Source of the DNA: a virus
Virus record (IMG/VR): IMGVR_UViG_3300042897_000994
Location: 1 to 64,000 of that record
DNA length: 64,000 bases
Direction: 5' to 3' (one strand)
The notes below the pieces were generated by a model. The model worked only from the letters and a program-made list of their open reading frames with translations, was not told the origin of the DNA and did not search any database. Below are positions 18,783 through 31,200 of the stretch, one piece after another (positions within the stretch are counted from its first letter, which is position 1; every line of letters starts with the position of its first letter). Made by a program: the position numbers and the translations under genes.

Positions 18783-21595
18783 TGAGATATCAACATTTAG
18801 CATTTTTTAATAAAAATGGAAATGTTCAAGACTTTTCCTATGACTCCGCGACTCAGATATGGAGCGGGATAGTCTTTATCCCTAAGGTTTCTGTTGATCT
18901 TTTTGAAGTTGCTCAGATTTATATTCTAGAGCAAATGTTTAATCAAAATAATCAGTTAGTTTATGGGTTTCCGCACGATTTGGATTCTGCAAATTCTGCA
19001 ACTGAAGGTTGGATTTTAGAATGGGAAAAGGAGACGCCGACTGATATCTTCTTATTCTCATACGATATCGAGCAAGAGAAACCACTTTTACAGAAGGTTG
19101 ATTATGCTACGGTTTCTCTAGACTACGATCCTAATCAAACTATTGATTCTAGTGGATATCTGCATACTGATCTAGTTACAAATAGTGCATTACAAATAAA
19201 TGTTGCCCTTTCGTCTTCTACTGAAAATATCTTTGTTAGAAAGCTTCTAATTAAAGATAGAAGCCAGGATTATACAGTAGCTGAAATTTTGTTCTATGGA
19301 GAAACTGAAGGTGAAGATGAAAGATTAAAAGTAATGACTGAGAATATGGGATATCCTATATTTCCCGGCGATACTGCAATTTTTAGAAATACTGATATAA
19401 ACGAAAGAGCTGTAGACTTTATAGAAATAAACAGAAAAAGAAAAGAGATTATGCTCGAAGGGCATAATATCTTTCCGTATACAGGATCTTATAAAGCTCT
19501 AATAAATGCTATCAAATTCTATGGATATGAAAATATCTACATGAAAGAATACTGGCAGGATCTAGATCCAAATTCTAGAATGTTTGGAAAATACATACAG
19601 ACAAATCCTATTCAGCTTCTACAGCCTACAGCTAAATTTAACGATCCTAATATCAAAGTTCCGAGTAAGTCTTTAAGAAAGACTGGTAAGTTTGGTCTTT
19701 TTTATTCTATAAACGAAATTGTTCCTGATCAATATGATGATTATGGATTGCCTGTAACTGCTGAAGAATTCTCTTATACTTTAGAAGAAGCTCTTATTAA
19801 GCTATACGGTCTAAAGATTAAATTACAGAAATACTATCTTCCTCTAAATGCTAAGATTGTAGACATTACGGGAGAAGCTGATTATTTTTCTAAAAATTCT
19901 ATAACTACTCAAATAGAAAAGAATGAAACATTTTCTATTCTTGCGGGGTTTGATACCGACTTCGAAATTCTTCCTCATACTGTAGTATTTTTAGAAGATT
20001 TGAGAACTATAGAAGATTTAGAGTTTCCTAAATATACTCCGTACGACATACCTCAAAACATTCTGGTAGGGCCTCTTGGGGACCCCGTGTTGATAGGGTC
20101 TTCCGAGGTAGGAGGTCCATATTTCATCGGAGCTTCAAGCTTTCTAAGCATACAAGATAAGAATAGTCCGCTTGGACCACCCGTTGACGGAAAGGATTTT
20201 ACTCTTGGAGAGCTTTCTGATATCTTCTTAGCATATTTTTCTAGATATGCGCCGGGTATTTCAACTATTGCACAGTTAGGTGACAATGAAAATGTTCCAG
20301 TCGGAGCTCCAATCGTTCTTAAAAATACAAGCTTTTCTGATACAACTTGGAATAGTGTAGACTCTAATTGGAATCAGCTTGATACTATTTCAGGATCTAT
20401 CATATTTAGTTGGATTTATTTGCAGTATAGAAATTCGGCTGAAATAGAATGGACAATTAGTAAAGATGCCGACAGTGTGTCTCCAGCTTATTATAATGTG
20501 ATTAGAGGTCCCATTGAAGAATATGATCAAACTGCCGTGGTTCTGCCTTATGTTGGTGAATACTATGTAGAAATGAGAATTTACGACTTCTATAACAATA
20601 TCTCATCAAGCGTAGAAACTACTGCAGTTACAGTTCGTCCAAAGAATGTTGATTTTTGCGGATATTACGCAGAAAGAAAAAAGAGTTATACGTGGTCTAG
20701 TGAGGGATCTTATTCTTTAGAGGACTATGCTTCGAATTGGTCTCTTCCTTTATCTCCTAACTCAGGAGTTAGTGAATATTTGATGTCCTTTGACTCCTTA
20801 GACAGAGCTAATTATGCTACAAATAATTTTCAAGATACTATAAATTCAGAAGTTTTAACATATCAAGATAGTGGAGAGCAAAGCTTTTCGGGTCCTTATT
20901 TTTGGGACTATATGACCAAAGGTAACTGGGAAAAAACTTCTCATTTATGGTGGGATAGTACAGAAGTTACTGGGGATACTCCAGCATTTTTTGAAATTTT
21001 AGAAATTCCTGCATCTCCTTTTGTTTTAACTATAGAAAATACAAAGGGGTTTTTTGATCTTTTTATTGAGACTGAGGTGCAAAATCTTACAGATTTTGTT
21101 GACTTTATGAATAGTGCAACAGCAGATCCTTTTTCGAGATACATCTATAATCTGGTTACAAGTGAAGATAGATCTATTCAATATGTTCAAGCTGTTGCAA
21201 AATACAACTCATCTTCTTATGGAGATTTTATTTCGGTTAGTGGCTATCAAGTAAATGCTGTTTCGAATGAAGTTTTAATCGGAAGAACAGGTCAGTCGAA
21301 TATTACAAATCCAACTTGGAACTCTGCGAATCCTATTTATAATGCAGAAACCTTGCAGCTGTTGACTTATGTAACTTTTAGCTACAATAACTGTGAAATA
21401 ATGGGAAAAGTAGATGAAAAGTCTGCTTGGATTCTAAAAAATAATAGCAATCCAAATTTTAGTGATATATATTTAAACAGCAAATATTTTACGTATATGT
21501 TCGACACACCAGGTAATTATACCCTGCAATTGAACATAGAAGACAACAACCAAAACAAATACACAAGAGAAAAAAACATTCTCATAATAAAATAA
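18782..21595 (+). CDS. Baseplate wedge protein (gp7-like) with Ig/PKD-like segments
   Basis: YTGSYKALINAIKFYGY wedge motif. FTYMFDTPGNYTLQLNIED and VGEYYVEMRIYD are PKD-like strands. Confidence 0.55.
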   Translation: MRYQHLAFFNKNGNVQDFSYDSATQIWSGIVFIPKVSVDLFEVAQIYILEQMFNQNNQLVYGFPHDLDSANSATEGWILEWEKETPTDIFLFSYDIEQEKPLLQKVDYATVSLDYDPNQTIDSSGYLHTDLVTNSALQINVALSSSTENIFVRKLLIKDRSQDYTVAEILFYGETEGEDERLKVMTENMGYPIFPGDTAIFRNTDINERAVDFIEINRKRKEIMLEGHNIFPYTGSYKALINAIKFYGYENIYMKEYWQDLDPNSRMFGKYIQTNPIQLLQPTAKFNDPNIKVPSKSLRKTGKFGLFYSINEIVPDQYDDYGLPVTAEEFSYTLEEALIKLYGLKIKLQKYYLPLNAKIVDITGEADYFSKNSITTQIEKNETFSILAGFDTDFEILPHTVVFLEDLRTIEDLEFPKYTPYDIPQNILVGPLGDPVLIGSSEVGGPYFIGASSFLSIQDKNSPLGPPVDGKDFTLGELSDIFLAYFSRYAPGISTIAQLGDNENVPVGAPIVLKNTSFSDTTWNSVDSNWNQLDTISGSIIFSWIYLQYRNSAEIEWTISKDADSVSPAYYNVIRGPIEEYDQTAVVLPYVGEYYVEMRIYDFYNNISSSVETTAVTVRPKNVDFCGYYAERKKSYTWSSEGSYSLEDYASNWSLPLSPNSGVSEYLMSFDSLDRANYATNNFQDTINSEVLTYQDSGEQSFSGPYFWDYMTKGNWEKTSHLWWDSTEVTGDTPAFFEILEIPASPFVLTIENTKGFFDLFIETEVQNLTDFVDFMNSATADPFSRYIYNLVTSEDRSIQYVQAVAKYNSSSYGDFISVSGYQVNAVSNEVLIGRTGQSNITNPTWNSANPIYNAETLQLLTYVTFSYNNCEIMGKVDEKSAWILKNNSNPNFSDIYLNSKYFTYMFDTPGNYTLQLNIEDNNQNKYTREKNILIIK

Positions 21596-21601
21596 AAAAC
21601 A

Positions 21602-22246
21602 ATGGCTATTAGCGTAACTGAAATCCTCGGAACAGACTCTCTAGCAGGGTCTAGAATTGTTATTAATGACAATTTTAATATTCTTGCTGAAGAGATTAAT
21701 TTGATGGAAGTATATTTTAATCCTACTGCTGGAACATTAGCAGGATTAAATAGCACTACCACGAACACCCTTAAAGTTGGACTGTCAACTGTCAAGCTTG
21801 AAATTACTTCAAGCGCATTCAACATTATCAGCGATGTGAGCCTGATAGGTAATCTAAATCTAGAAGGTAATCTTCTTAGAAATAATATAGATCCTGACAT
21901 TTACAGCGATACTACACTGGCACCTAGCTATACAGCAAACATTGGAAGTACCACGGCGGTTCCAGAATATTTGTTATTTAAAGTTCATAATTCTCTTTCG
22001 AGTGCAGTTACTCTCAGTCTTTTTGCTGGAGAAATAGGTCAAGAGATTATCTTCCAATACGATAATAGCAACACAGGAGATGTTAACATTATTGAAGGTA
22101 CCGGTTCTACTTTTTCTCTAGAAGGAAATGCTTCTACTATTACTTTGAATGGATTAGGTCAAACTGTGCATCTATTCTCAACAACTGATTCTTCAGGTAA
22201 CCCTCTTTGGATTATTATCGGAGGAGCGGGATATACTCTTTCGTAA
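21602..22246 (+). CDS. Virion structural / short fibre protein
   Basis: N-terminal EILGTDSLAGSRIVINDNF anchor motif shared with 32768..35230. Confidence 0.55.
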   Translation: MAISVTEILGTDSLAGSRIVINDNFNILAEEINLMEVYFNPTAGTLAGLNSTTTNTLKVGLSTVKLEITSSAFNIISDVSLIGNLNLEGNLLRNNIDPDIYSDTTLAPSYTANIGSTTAVPEYLLFKVHNSLSSAVTLSLFAGEIGQEIIFQYDNSNTGDVNIIEGTGSTFSLEGNASTITLNGLGQTVHLFSTTDSSGNPLWIIIGGAGYTLS

Positions 22247-22249
22247 AAT

Positions 22250-24352
22250 ATGGCAACAACACCAGTAATAAGAACACCGCAGGCGCAGGGAGGTACTTTT
22301 TATACCTTTACTTCTGCGTCTAGAGATTTATCGAAAACACTTACGAATGATAATTTAAAGTTCGTGTTTTCTAAATATGTTCTCTTGAATCTTCCTGATT
22401 TTAATAGTTTAGATTTTTCTACCTTTGGTAGCTATAATAACTATATGCAATTCGATACAGTCGATGGTTCTATTTTTGCTGGAGGTTTATCGCCCGATAG
22501 AAACATAGACTGGGCACAAGGGCTTCAGAATTATGCATTGAATATAGAAAGTTTAATTCTAGACGATGCAAGTTATGATTCTACTCAAAAAAGAAGCGTA
22601 GCAGAAAGAGTATTTTTCAAATGGTTGAAGGAGACTGGAGCTATTAGATTTAGAGATGCTAATACTACTTCGGAGGCTAGTCCTGCTCTTACTACACCTA
22701 GATTTGTAGAAGAAGATGAAAAGTTGACAGGATCTGTTCAATATCAGAAAGTCGTACAGTACATAGGAGACATCGACGTTATTAACAACGTAGATAAAGC
22801 AGGAGACAGTTATACTGAAGTTTACCTTTATGTCCCTACTCAAGTTGGAAAAACTCCGGTTGTTCTTTTTTCTGCATTAGAAGATACGAACTATGAGCCT
22901 TCTATGATTATTCAAGGAAATGGAGAATTTGATCTAGGGAGAAACGTTTCCTCAGTTCACCCGGAAGGTTTGACTTTCAGGGCATTTTATGACGTTGATG
23001 GTCAAGTAGATTATACAGATGCAGACGCAGATTGGATGGATAATCCCTACCCACAAGCTGTAACTAATGCATATTTTACAGAACCTTCGACTTTTGCCGA
23101 TTCTTCAAATGCCGATATTCAAAAATACCCAGCAGATTATGATAATCCTTCTGGATTCAATGGCGTTGCATACAGAAGATCAAAACTGGATGGGATTAGT
23201 GTAGACTTCAATCCTAACGATTATGCAACAATAGTAAATGACTCTACAGTTTCTACTATTGCACAATATAATGGTTCTGATTATTCTTCAAACTTTGAAT
23301 TTAATGCAGTTCTAGTATATTATGATTTATATGATGTAAATGATCAAGAAAATGGAGCTACTAATTTATACGGAATCTTGTTACTGGATAATATCACTCC
23401 GACTTTAGAAGGTGGATTTATTCAAAGATCACAAAAGTTCAAGCCTAACAAGGTAACTGGTGAAAATGGAAACTCTTATGGGTTCAAACTGAACCTTAGA
23501 TTTGATGCATCTTTAAACACCCAGGGTGTTAGTAGCATCGTAAATGAATATAATAACTTTTCAACAGGTCAGTTTACAGAAGCAGTTGCTCTGTTACAAC
23601 AGTCTGTTAAGTTTTTTGAGAGACAACAAGTTAAATTTATAGATCTAGAATCTAAAATCAATACTTCTTATTCTGCTGCAACTGACAATACTGCAAGAAT
23701 TTTATCTTTGCAAGCCGAAGTAGATGCACTAGAAACTGCTCTTCAGAATGCAAGATTAGCATTCTCTTCGAGCACAGCTCTTTTAGATATGATTGCTGCG
23801 AATTCTAAAGCAATATCAGATATTGTTGCTGGTAAGATTAATATAAACTTACAGTATAACACTGATGTTTTAAGTGAAGGCCCTGGAATTGTTCTTGATA
23901 AATCGGTTCCGAATAAGATCAAAATTACGCAAAAGACTCAAGCTTATGTGATTGACGAATCTTTTGATAAAAACTCAAACCCAATAACACCTTCTTCGCC
24001 TTTAAGTCTAAATATAACTTCACCTGAAGTTTATTTCAGACTAACTGATTTTACGAATATGTGCAGAATCTACACCACAGATACCGCACTCGGAGATTTA
24101 CAAATTTATATCAATGATTCTTCTGCACTTTTTAAGAAGTATCAAACAGTTAAAGTAGTTTTCCCTACCACATTATCAATAGGATCTAGAAATATTGTGA
24201 TTTACACAGATGCACTTAACAGAAAAGGTACTGGAGTCTATGGTGTGCAAGTTGGAACTATTTCTAACCAAGATATTAGCAACAAACCTATTTTTGAGAT
24301 TATATGCTCCGATCCTGACGCATATACTTTTGAAATAGATATACTAAGATAA
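22250..24352 (+). CDS. Virion structural protein with a central coiled coil
   Basis: 700 aa in the baseplate/fibre operon, with a heptad segment ARILSLQAEVDALETALQNA. Confidence 0.5.
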   Translation: MATTPVIRTPQAQGGTFYTFTSASRDLSKTLTNDNLKFVFSKYVLLNLPDFNSLDFSTFGSYNNYMQFDTVDGSIFAGGLSPDRNIDWAQGLQNYALNIESLILDDASYDSTQKRSVAERVFFKWLKETGAIRFRDANTTSEASPALTTPRFVEEDEKLTGSVQYQKVVQYIGDIDVINNVDKAGDSYTEVYLYVPTQVGKTPVVLFSALEDTNYEPSMIIQGNGEFDLGRNVSSVHPEGLTFRAFYDVDGQVDYTDADADWMDNPYPQAVTNAYFTEPSTFADSSNADIQKYPADYDNPSGFNGVAYRRSKLDGISVDFNPNDYATIVNDSTVSTIAQYNGSDYSSNFEFNAVLVYYDLYDVNDQENGATNLYGILLLDNITPTLEGGFIQRSQKFKPNKVTGENGNSYGFKLNLRFDASLNTQGVSSIVNEYNNFSTGQFTEAVALLQQSVKFFERQQVKFIDLESKINTSYSAATDNTARILSLQAEVDALETALQNARLAFSSSTALLDMIAANSKAISDIVAGKININLQYNTDVLSEGPGIVLDKSVPNKIKITQKTQAYVIDESFDKNSNPITPSSPLSLNITSPEVYFRLTDFTNMCRIYTTDTALGDLQIYINDSSALFKKYQTVKVVFPTTLSIGSRNIVIYTDALNRKGTGVYGVQVGTISNQDISNKPIFEIICSDPDAYTFEIDILR

Positions 24353-24355
24353 ATA
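24348..24355 (+). promoter_or_regulatory. Putative late promoter variant GATAAATA
   Basis: Overlaps the upstream stop codon and lies 5 nt before the ATG at 24361. Confidence 0.45.
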
Positions 24356-24360
24356 TACAT

Positions 24361-27300
24361 ATGTCTGAGAATTCAATATCAACCCTACTACCACAGCTGT
24401 TAAGACTTTATCAGAACTCTATCAGTTCCTATGAAGCGATGACGGGTGCAGTTACGGGAAATGAGGAGACCGTTAATATTGACGTAATAGAAAATGACAA
24501 CACTATTACAAAACTACCAGTTCCTACATTTGGGTATCTGAAGAATGAAATTCAAAGACTGGAGAGAAATATAGCAACTCTTACTAACTACGATTCTGCA
24601 TCGAATAGCAGTATTCTGCTACCTGATGGGTCTGTTAGAAGTATTATTCTTCAAAAACTTGAAGCAGAAGCTTCAGATTTGACAAGCATCAATAGTGTTA
24701 CAAATTTTTCTGTCAAGCAGAATTATTTCTTTGATGATTTTATGACGCCTCTTTTATATGTGAGCTTTGATTTAACGAATCAAATTTCTCCAAATACAGA
24801 AGAAGCCGTCCTGAGTATCTTCTATATGACTATTGATTCTCAAGATAAATTGAACTATTTTAATTCCGAATTAAAGGGTTCGAGCATTTTGGAATATGAT
24901 TCGTTTAAGTCTGCTTTAGATGATAGAGGAATTTCATATTTAGAAGAAACTGAAGTCAAAGCAATATCGCCAAGAAATAATAGATATTACGGAACTTTTG
25001 ATGTAAATGATATATCTTCTTCTACTGTTACACAGCTTATAAATGGCGTAAACACTACGGTAGTCTTAAAGACTTATCGCTTGAATAAGTTGACTTATTC
25101 TGATTCCGATTCTCCTTTCACAGACACTCAAAGTATTAAGATTGGTGATAGCTTGGTGATTAATCAAGATCCTATTAGTACAAGATATGAAGTGGTAAGT
25201 GTGGATTCAGGGACGAATTCTGTGACATTAAAGTTACTAGAAGGTAATTCTCCTATTACTATTGGTTCTGAGATTTTTAAAATTTACAAGAGTCCAGAAA
25301 GTACAGTTTCTTTAGACTTGAATGTAGGATACGGAGAATACTTAGCAGTATTCATTAAACCTGTAGATCCTAATTCAAGAATACCAGCGATTAACTGGTC
25401 TCCAGGTTCGGCTTTCTTTACGAACGATTTGACGATTACTCTTTCGAGTGGAGAAGTAAAACCTCTTTATAATTATTACAGAGAATTTGTTACAGATTTT
25501 GGTGCTTATATTTTAGGTCTAGCTGTTGATAAAATTCCTACATCATCTCAAGCAATCACTCCTGATTCTCCCGTTCTGAATTCTTCAGATTTTAAAGTAG
25601 TTCAAATTAATCAACAAATCACTAACAAGAGAGAAGTTGCAGAGATTGAAGACTTGAATAAACAGAAGAATACCCTATCATCTGAGATTAAAGAGCTTGA
25701 CAATGCAATTGCGGCAAAGAGAAGCGAAATAGCAAATAAAAATTATAAGAATTCGGTTGAAAGAGATGCTGATAAAAATCAGCTAGATGGTCTTGTAACT
25801 CAAAGATCTACAAAAGCGGATTTATATTCATCTATTGTTAAGAGCATAGATGCCAAAGCCACAGATGCAGGTTTAACTGCAGCAGATCCAAAATATCGGG
25901 TTAGAGGATTCTTTCCTCTTCCTTCACCTAAAGTTTCTAATGAAACTGGGGCTCAACAGATTGTACAGTTTCTTATTGAATATAAATATCTGAATACTGA
26001 TGGCTCTGCTAATCCAGTAGATACTTTCAATTTTCAAGATGGAAATTCAGAAGCAAGCGGCGCTTTTTCAAACTGGGTAGAAGTTTACGGTCCAGTAAGA
26101 CCTAGAGTTTACAATGCGAGTTCTCAGAAATATCAATGGGCAACTATTCTTACACAAGATTCAGATACTATCAATATTAATCAGGTTGATATTCCTATTA
26201 CTAAAGGAGAACAAGTTGAAATTAGAGTACGAAGCGTTTCGGAAGCAGGTTGGCCTTCAAATCCAGCTCTTTCCGATTATTCTGAATCAGTTATTATTTC
26301 ATTCCCAACTGAAATCAATACTGACAATACTCTGAATGACATTATCAAACAGAATCAAGAGTCTTTAGCTGCTGTAAAACTGCAAGAAGCTATTAATTCA
26401 AAAGGAATTGATCAACATTTATCAAGTTCTTTTACAGCTAACGAGAAGTATTTTGCACACGATGCTACTGTTATTTCTTCAGGATTCGTATCTGGTAATC
26501 AAACTCCAATAGATCTTTTCACGAAGCTGAATCAGTTACAAAATGAAATTACTAGTCTTCAACAAGTAATAGCTGGAATCGGTGGAGAACTTGCAGTTTC
26601 TATTATCGATGATCAGGGGGTTGAAACTGCATTGGTTAAAGATCAACTAAATACGTTCTTTGCCGGATATTACGCAGATGCAGTAAACGGACTAAGTATC
26701 AAGAAAGGTGCTATAGTTACTAAAACTTACTTCATTAATATCAAGAATACCAATCAAAATCCATTAGAACTTATTTCTAAGATCTTTGGTAGCTCTGACA
26801 GAAAAGTTAGAGAATCAGAAGATCCTTCTGCTTCTTCATCTTCTAGCACGATTCTTCCTGCGATTTATGAGTATTTAGACAATTTTAATACTTATGTAAG
26901 TTCAGATTCTACATATAATACTCTGTATAAATATGACTTGGTTCCTCTATTGTTAACAAGTCCTGATGTAACTTCATCAGATCCATATACTCAGATAGAA
27001 TCTTTAGCTCCATATCAGTCTTCTCAAGTAAAATCTCAGTTCATTTACTCTAGATATTATGATGTTGCAGGAGAAGAAAAATTCTATCAAAGCGTAGAAC
27101 CAGGAACTACTACTCCAATTTACAATTTAGATGATGCAGAAAATTTTTACGGAAGACTTTCATATGAAACTTCGTTAGGAGCCAGCTTTATCTTCGGGGG
27201 TTCTTTTGCATACGATGTAGTTACCGGTAAGTTTCTTCCTACCACTTCAACTACTTTTTATAATAACGATGACAATACAATAGAAATTCATACTTCGCAT

Positions 27301-28197
27301 CCTTCTTTAGCTAGACTGAATACATTTAAAAGCTTTTATGAGAGCATAACACAGGACACTGGAACTGGTAGTGGAGTTGGAGTTACTATTCCTTCAGAAT
27401 CTGATCTTTTCACCGCAGGTTACGATCTTTATGTTGCAAATGAACGGGTAGATAGCGGAACATATTTGGGTAGAAGAACTATATTTCCAGTAATTAGAAA
27501 TTCAAAGTATGCTCCTCTAAGTGCCTCAAGTGCTTATACCAAATCTCAAAATATGTATATTTTTGAAGAAGTTGCTAATATGGGAACTTCTCAAACATAT
27601 AATATAACGGGCAGTCCTACTCTTATTGATACAAGTTTACATATCACTAATGCTTCTACTAATACCGGTGATGGTTTAGGTGGAGTTGACTTTCAGAGAG
27701 GCGCTAAAATGTCTTTTGAAAGCGACGATCAGTATCTGTTAGGCAAAAAGAGCTGCGGTTCTTATCTTTTCATTTCTACCGATATTCATAGCAGTATTTG
27801 CGTAGATGGTAAAGCTTCAACTTCAACTAAAAAGATTTTAAACGGAACTAACAATTCAATCAAAGTTCCTGTAGTTTTCCAATATCGAATGACAGATTTT
27901 TACGGCTCTGGAACAAGTGGCTTAGGAAACATCGGAGGTGATTCTACAGGAAGCACTACAAATCTTACATATACCAAGAGGATAGGTTTTGATATTTTGA
28001 TCAAAGACGGAACAGTTTATTCTTATGACTTAGAAGTTTCTGCAAAATACAAATCAGATTCGTTGAATCTAAATTCTGTACCTTCGGTTAGTGTTTCTAC
28101 TGCAGTAAGTGACTTACAGGGAGTGATAAAAAATCTATCTCCTGCAGTACCACAAACTATAGGGGCAGCTAGCACAAATACTATTTCGACTGGTTAA
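24361..28197 (+). CDS. Large virion structural protein (coiled coils plus an FN3-like segment)
   Basis: 1278 aa, Ser/Thr-rich. VEIRVRSVSEAGWPS...SDYSE is FN3-like. Confidence 0.5.
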   Translation: MSENSISTLLPQLLRLYQNSISSYEAMTGAVTGNEETVNIDVIENDNTITKLPVPTFGYLKNEIQRLERNIATLTNYDSASNSSILLPDGSVRSIILQKLEAEASDLTSINSVTNFSVKQNYFFDDFMTPLLYVSFDLTNQISPNTEEAVLSIFYMTIDSQDKLNYFNSELKGSSILEYDSFKSALDDRGISYLEETEVKAISPRNNRYYGTFDVNDISSSTVTQLINGVNTTVVLKTYRLNKLTYSDSDSPFTDTQSIKIGDSLVINQDPISTRYEVVSVDSGTNSVTLKLLEGNSPITIGSEIFKIYKSPESTVSLDLNVGYGEYLAVFIKPVDPNSRIPAINWSPGSAFFTNDLTITLSSGEVKPLYNYYREFVTDFGAYILGLAVDKIPTSSQAITPDSPVLNSSDFKVVQINQQITNKREVAEIEDLNKQKNTLSSEIKELDNAIAAKRSEIANKNYKNSVERDADKNQLDGLVTQRSTKADLYSSIVKSIDAKATDAGLTAADPKYRVRGFFPLPSPKVSNETGAQQIVQFLIEYKYLNTDGSANPVDTFNFQDGNSEASGAFSNWVEVYGPVRPRVYNASSQKYQWATILTQDSDTININQVDIPITKGEQVEIRVRSVSEAGWPSNPALSDYSESVIISFPTEINTDNTLNDIIKQNQESLAAVKLQEAINSKGIDQHLSSSFTANEKYFAHDATVISSGFVSGNQTPIDLFTKLNQLQNEITSLQQVIAGIGGELAVSIIDDQGVETALVKDQLNTFFAGYYADAVNGLSIKKGAIVTKTYFINIKNTNQNPLELISKIFGSSDRKVRESEDPSASSSSSTILPAIYEYLDNFNTYVSSDSTYNTLYKYDLVPLLLTSPDVTSSDPYTQIESLAPYQSSQVKSQFIYSRYYDVAGEEKFYQSVEPGTTTPIYNLDDAENFYGRLSYETSLGASFIFGGSFAYDVVTGKFLPTTSTTFYNNDDNTIEIHTSHPSLARLNTFKSFYESITQDTGTGSGVGVTIPSESDLFTAGYDLYVANERVDSGTYLGRRTIFPVIRNSKYAPLSASSAYTKSQNMYIFEEVANMGTSQTYNITGSPTLIDTSLHITNASTNTGDGLGGVDFQRGAKMSFESDDQYLLGKKSCGSYLFISTDIHSSICVDGKASTSTKKILNGTNNSIKVPVVFQYRMTDFYGSGTSGLGNIGGDSTGSTTNLTYTKRIGFDILIKDGTVYSYDLEVSAKYKSDSLNLNSVPSVSVSTAVSDLQGVIKNLSPAVPQTIGAASTNTISTG

Positions 28198-28206
28198 TTC
28201 ATGTGG

Positions 28207-28220
28207 GATATATAAAAAAA
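28207..28220 (+). promoter_or_regulatory. Putative late promoter inside a hairpin that covers the start codon
   Basis: ATTCA-T-GTGGGAT[ATATAAAAAAAG]ATCCCAC-TGAAT. The 3' arm includes the AT of the ATG at 28232. Confidence 0.7.
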
Positions 28221-28231
28221 GATCCCACTGA

Positions 28232-31200
28232 ATGGCTGATCCTATATTAGATAAAGCATCGTTTCAACTCGTTAGAACTAATCCAAAACTAACCACAAAT
28301 GTGAAGTTAGTAGTTGATAGTTCTGGGAATTTGTACTTAGATTCGTTTAATGCAAATTCAGACTTGTCAAATAATATTTACAAGGCTTATAACATAGATC
28401 CGAACTCGTCTTATGAAAGAGATGTTTTCAATTTCTATAATCAAAGAAACTTACCTCAGTCCTTGGCATATTCATTGTTTCAACAGAACAATGATATTTC
28501 AGTTCTCCCCGAGTATGATGATCAGTATGAGAGTTTTTATACGGGTGGAGCTGAATCTATATCTTCGGAATCTTATGCCGAAGATTTAGGTGTTTTAGCA
28601 CCAATTTGGCTAGAAGAACAAATTCCTGACTATTTTGTTATTTTCAGAACTAATGGACCTGCTAACGTAAATTTAGTTAATCAAACAGATCCTAATTTTG
28701 ATGTAGATTCTGCAACAGGATCTTCTGAATTTTCTCAGAATATTCTCGAAAATTCTACAATAATTAAAACTTTTGATTTAACTGCAAATTCAAGCATTGG
28801 AAAGTATCTTAGAAACTATAGAAGTAATCCTCTCTTTCCTCAGTCTTCTCTTTTTGTGACTAATCTTCCAGATGAACCTGTTTTATTTAGAGGAATTTCT
28901 TATGATAAAGGCGGTTTTGTAGAGAAGGGAGATCTTTTGTACAGCTCTCTTATAACAGAGGAAAAAACAATTATTGAAACTGAATATTTAATTTCATCTG
29001 GATTTGAAAGAAATGGAGTAATATGTGCAAATCTTATCAATCTTCAGTTTTTATTCAATGATGAATATTCAGATGAATATTCTATCAATAGATATTTCGG
29101 AATCTATGTTAGTGGTCAAAAAGAAGGTTCTTTCTATTTAGATTCGAATGCATTTTATCTAAATAGATTAGCAGAAAAACAAACTCCTAGAATTTCTTCT
29201 GCCGATGAAATATCTAACATAACAACAGAAAAGTTTGTAGTAACTAATCCAAACGGCGTTGTAATTTATGCAGATCCTTCTACTATAGAAACTGACACCG
29301 GATTTCCTGATCCTCAGCGAGTTTCAGAAGTAAATTCTTTTCTGTATGTAAAAGACAAATATGACAGTTTTCATACTCTTAAAAAAGGATCGAAATTTCC
29401 TGCGAATTCTCTAAGACTTTCTGATCAGAAAGCTGATTTAGGTGCTTTTACAGGTTTGGATTCTCCGCCAATTTCTTCTATTGAAGCAGAAAGACTTTCT
29501 AATAAAGGTGCGGCCGGATTTTATATTGAAATAAACAGTGGATCTGTAAGAAACGGACTTAATATAGAATTTTATGATGGGAATACAAGAACTCATATAA
29601 TTTCTTGTAATTCTGCTGTAGCAACTACACCTGGAATTTCAAATCAATATTACTTCAACGGAAATGGTTCTTCTGTAGATATTGCAAATTCAATATTAGG
29701 AGCTATTAACTATTATTCTCCAGGAACTAGATTTTTTTCTGCATGTATTGTAGGTAACAAGATAATCATTTACTCCAGATATACAGGATCCAGATTTAAT
29801 AGATTAGGATTTAAAATTACTGAAGTTGATTCTACTATTACAACTTACCCTTCTCATATAACTGATCAAGTAACTTCTTTCATTGGTGGATCGGATTCTT
29901 CTAATTCAAGAATTAAAGTAGAAAGATCCTCAAAGGATAGATTTTCTGGTAATCTGTATAAAGCAGGAGAACAAATAACTCAATATGTATCTGATGGTTT
30001 ATATTTAGAAGAGCCAGTTTTTAATTCTTCTGGAAATATTATTGGATTTACCGGGGTAGATTCTTATTCAACTATTATTTTTGACAAACCCGGCGTTGAA
30101 ATCACTTCAATTGGAACAGTTTCTAGTTATTCAGTCTTTAAGGCCGAATTTGGAAGACTTTCTATTTATCCGTTGCGAGATTTTGACTTTGATTTCTATA
30201 GTCAACAGTACAGCTTAATGGGTGAATTAATAGAAGAGCATGATTTTTACAACGAGTATGTTCTAGAAAATGGTGTTTTAGTTCCAGTAGAAGAGTCTTC
30301 TTACCCTCAGATTATCGATTTCTATACAAACGGTGGTTTTTCTGAACTTCAACCTATTCTTCGAAATGAAAGCCAACTTAATATTCAACAGTCACAAGAA
30401 ATTCTTTCTGAATATGATAGACTGTTTGAAAATTATAACAAAAATTTGGCTTTACCTTCTAGAACGGTTCCTTATATTTGTAAATGGGTCTATGATGACT
30501 ATGGAAAGGATGTTAGAAATAAAGCTTACAGACTGGATTATAGTCCAGCCTTCGGTATCTACAACTTTTCTCCGTCGGATAAAGATTTTACGCAAAATCC
30601 ACAGGCATTCACTCATGAATGGTACTATCTTTCAAAGGTACCTTATTATTTTGATGAAGTAAGTCTTTTAGAATCATGGAGCTATTTCAACGAAACAGTT
30701 GATGACAATCAAGGTTCGACTCTTGGATTTTTTCAAGATGTAACTACTGACAATTTCGTTAATTACTTTGTTGTTGATAATCTGCATAACGATTTATATG
30801 ATGCTTACTTCGACAAGGAGATAAGATATTCAAGATTTAGTAATGGAAATTCTGCTAACTTTGCAGAAGCATTTTTTAGAGGAGTTAAAGTAATCGGAAA
30901 AAAGAGATCAGAAAGCACGACAGTAATAGATTTTAATCTCAATAATATTAAGTTCACAACTCCTGATTATTTTAATGATTACAAGTTTGCGGCCATATTA
31001 ATTCCAAACAGACCAGACAAACCTTCTACGCAGATAAAGGTAATTGAAAATAAGAAATGGAAAACGATTACTCTTGTGATTTTCTTGACGATAGATTATC
31101 AAGAAATTTTACCTGGTAGAGATATAGAAGTTATTGATAGGACTCTTCTATATTGTCTTAAAGATAAAATTTCGCCTAATCTCGATGGAGACTTTTTCCC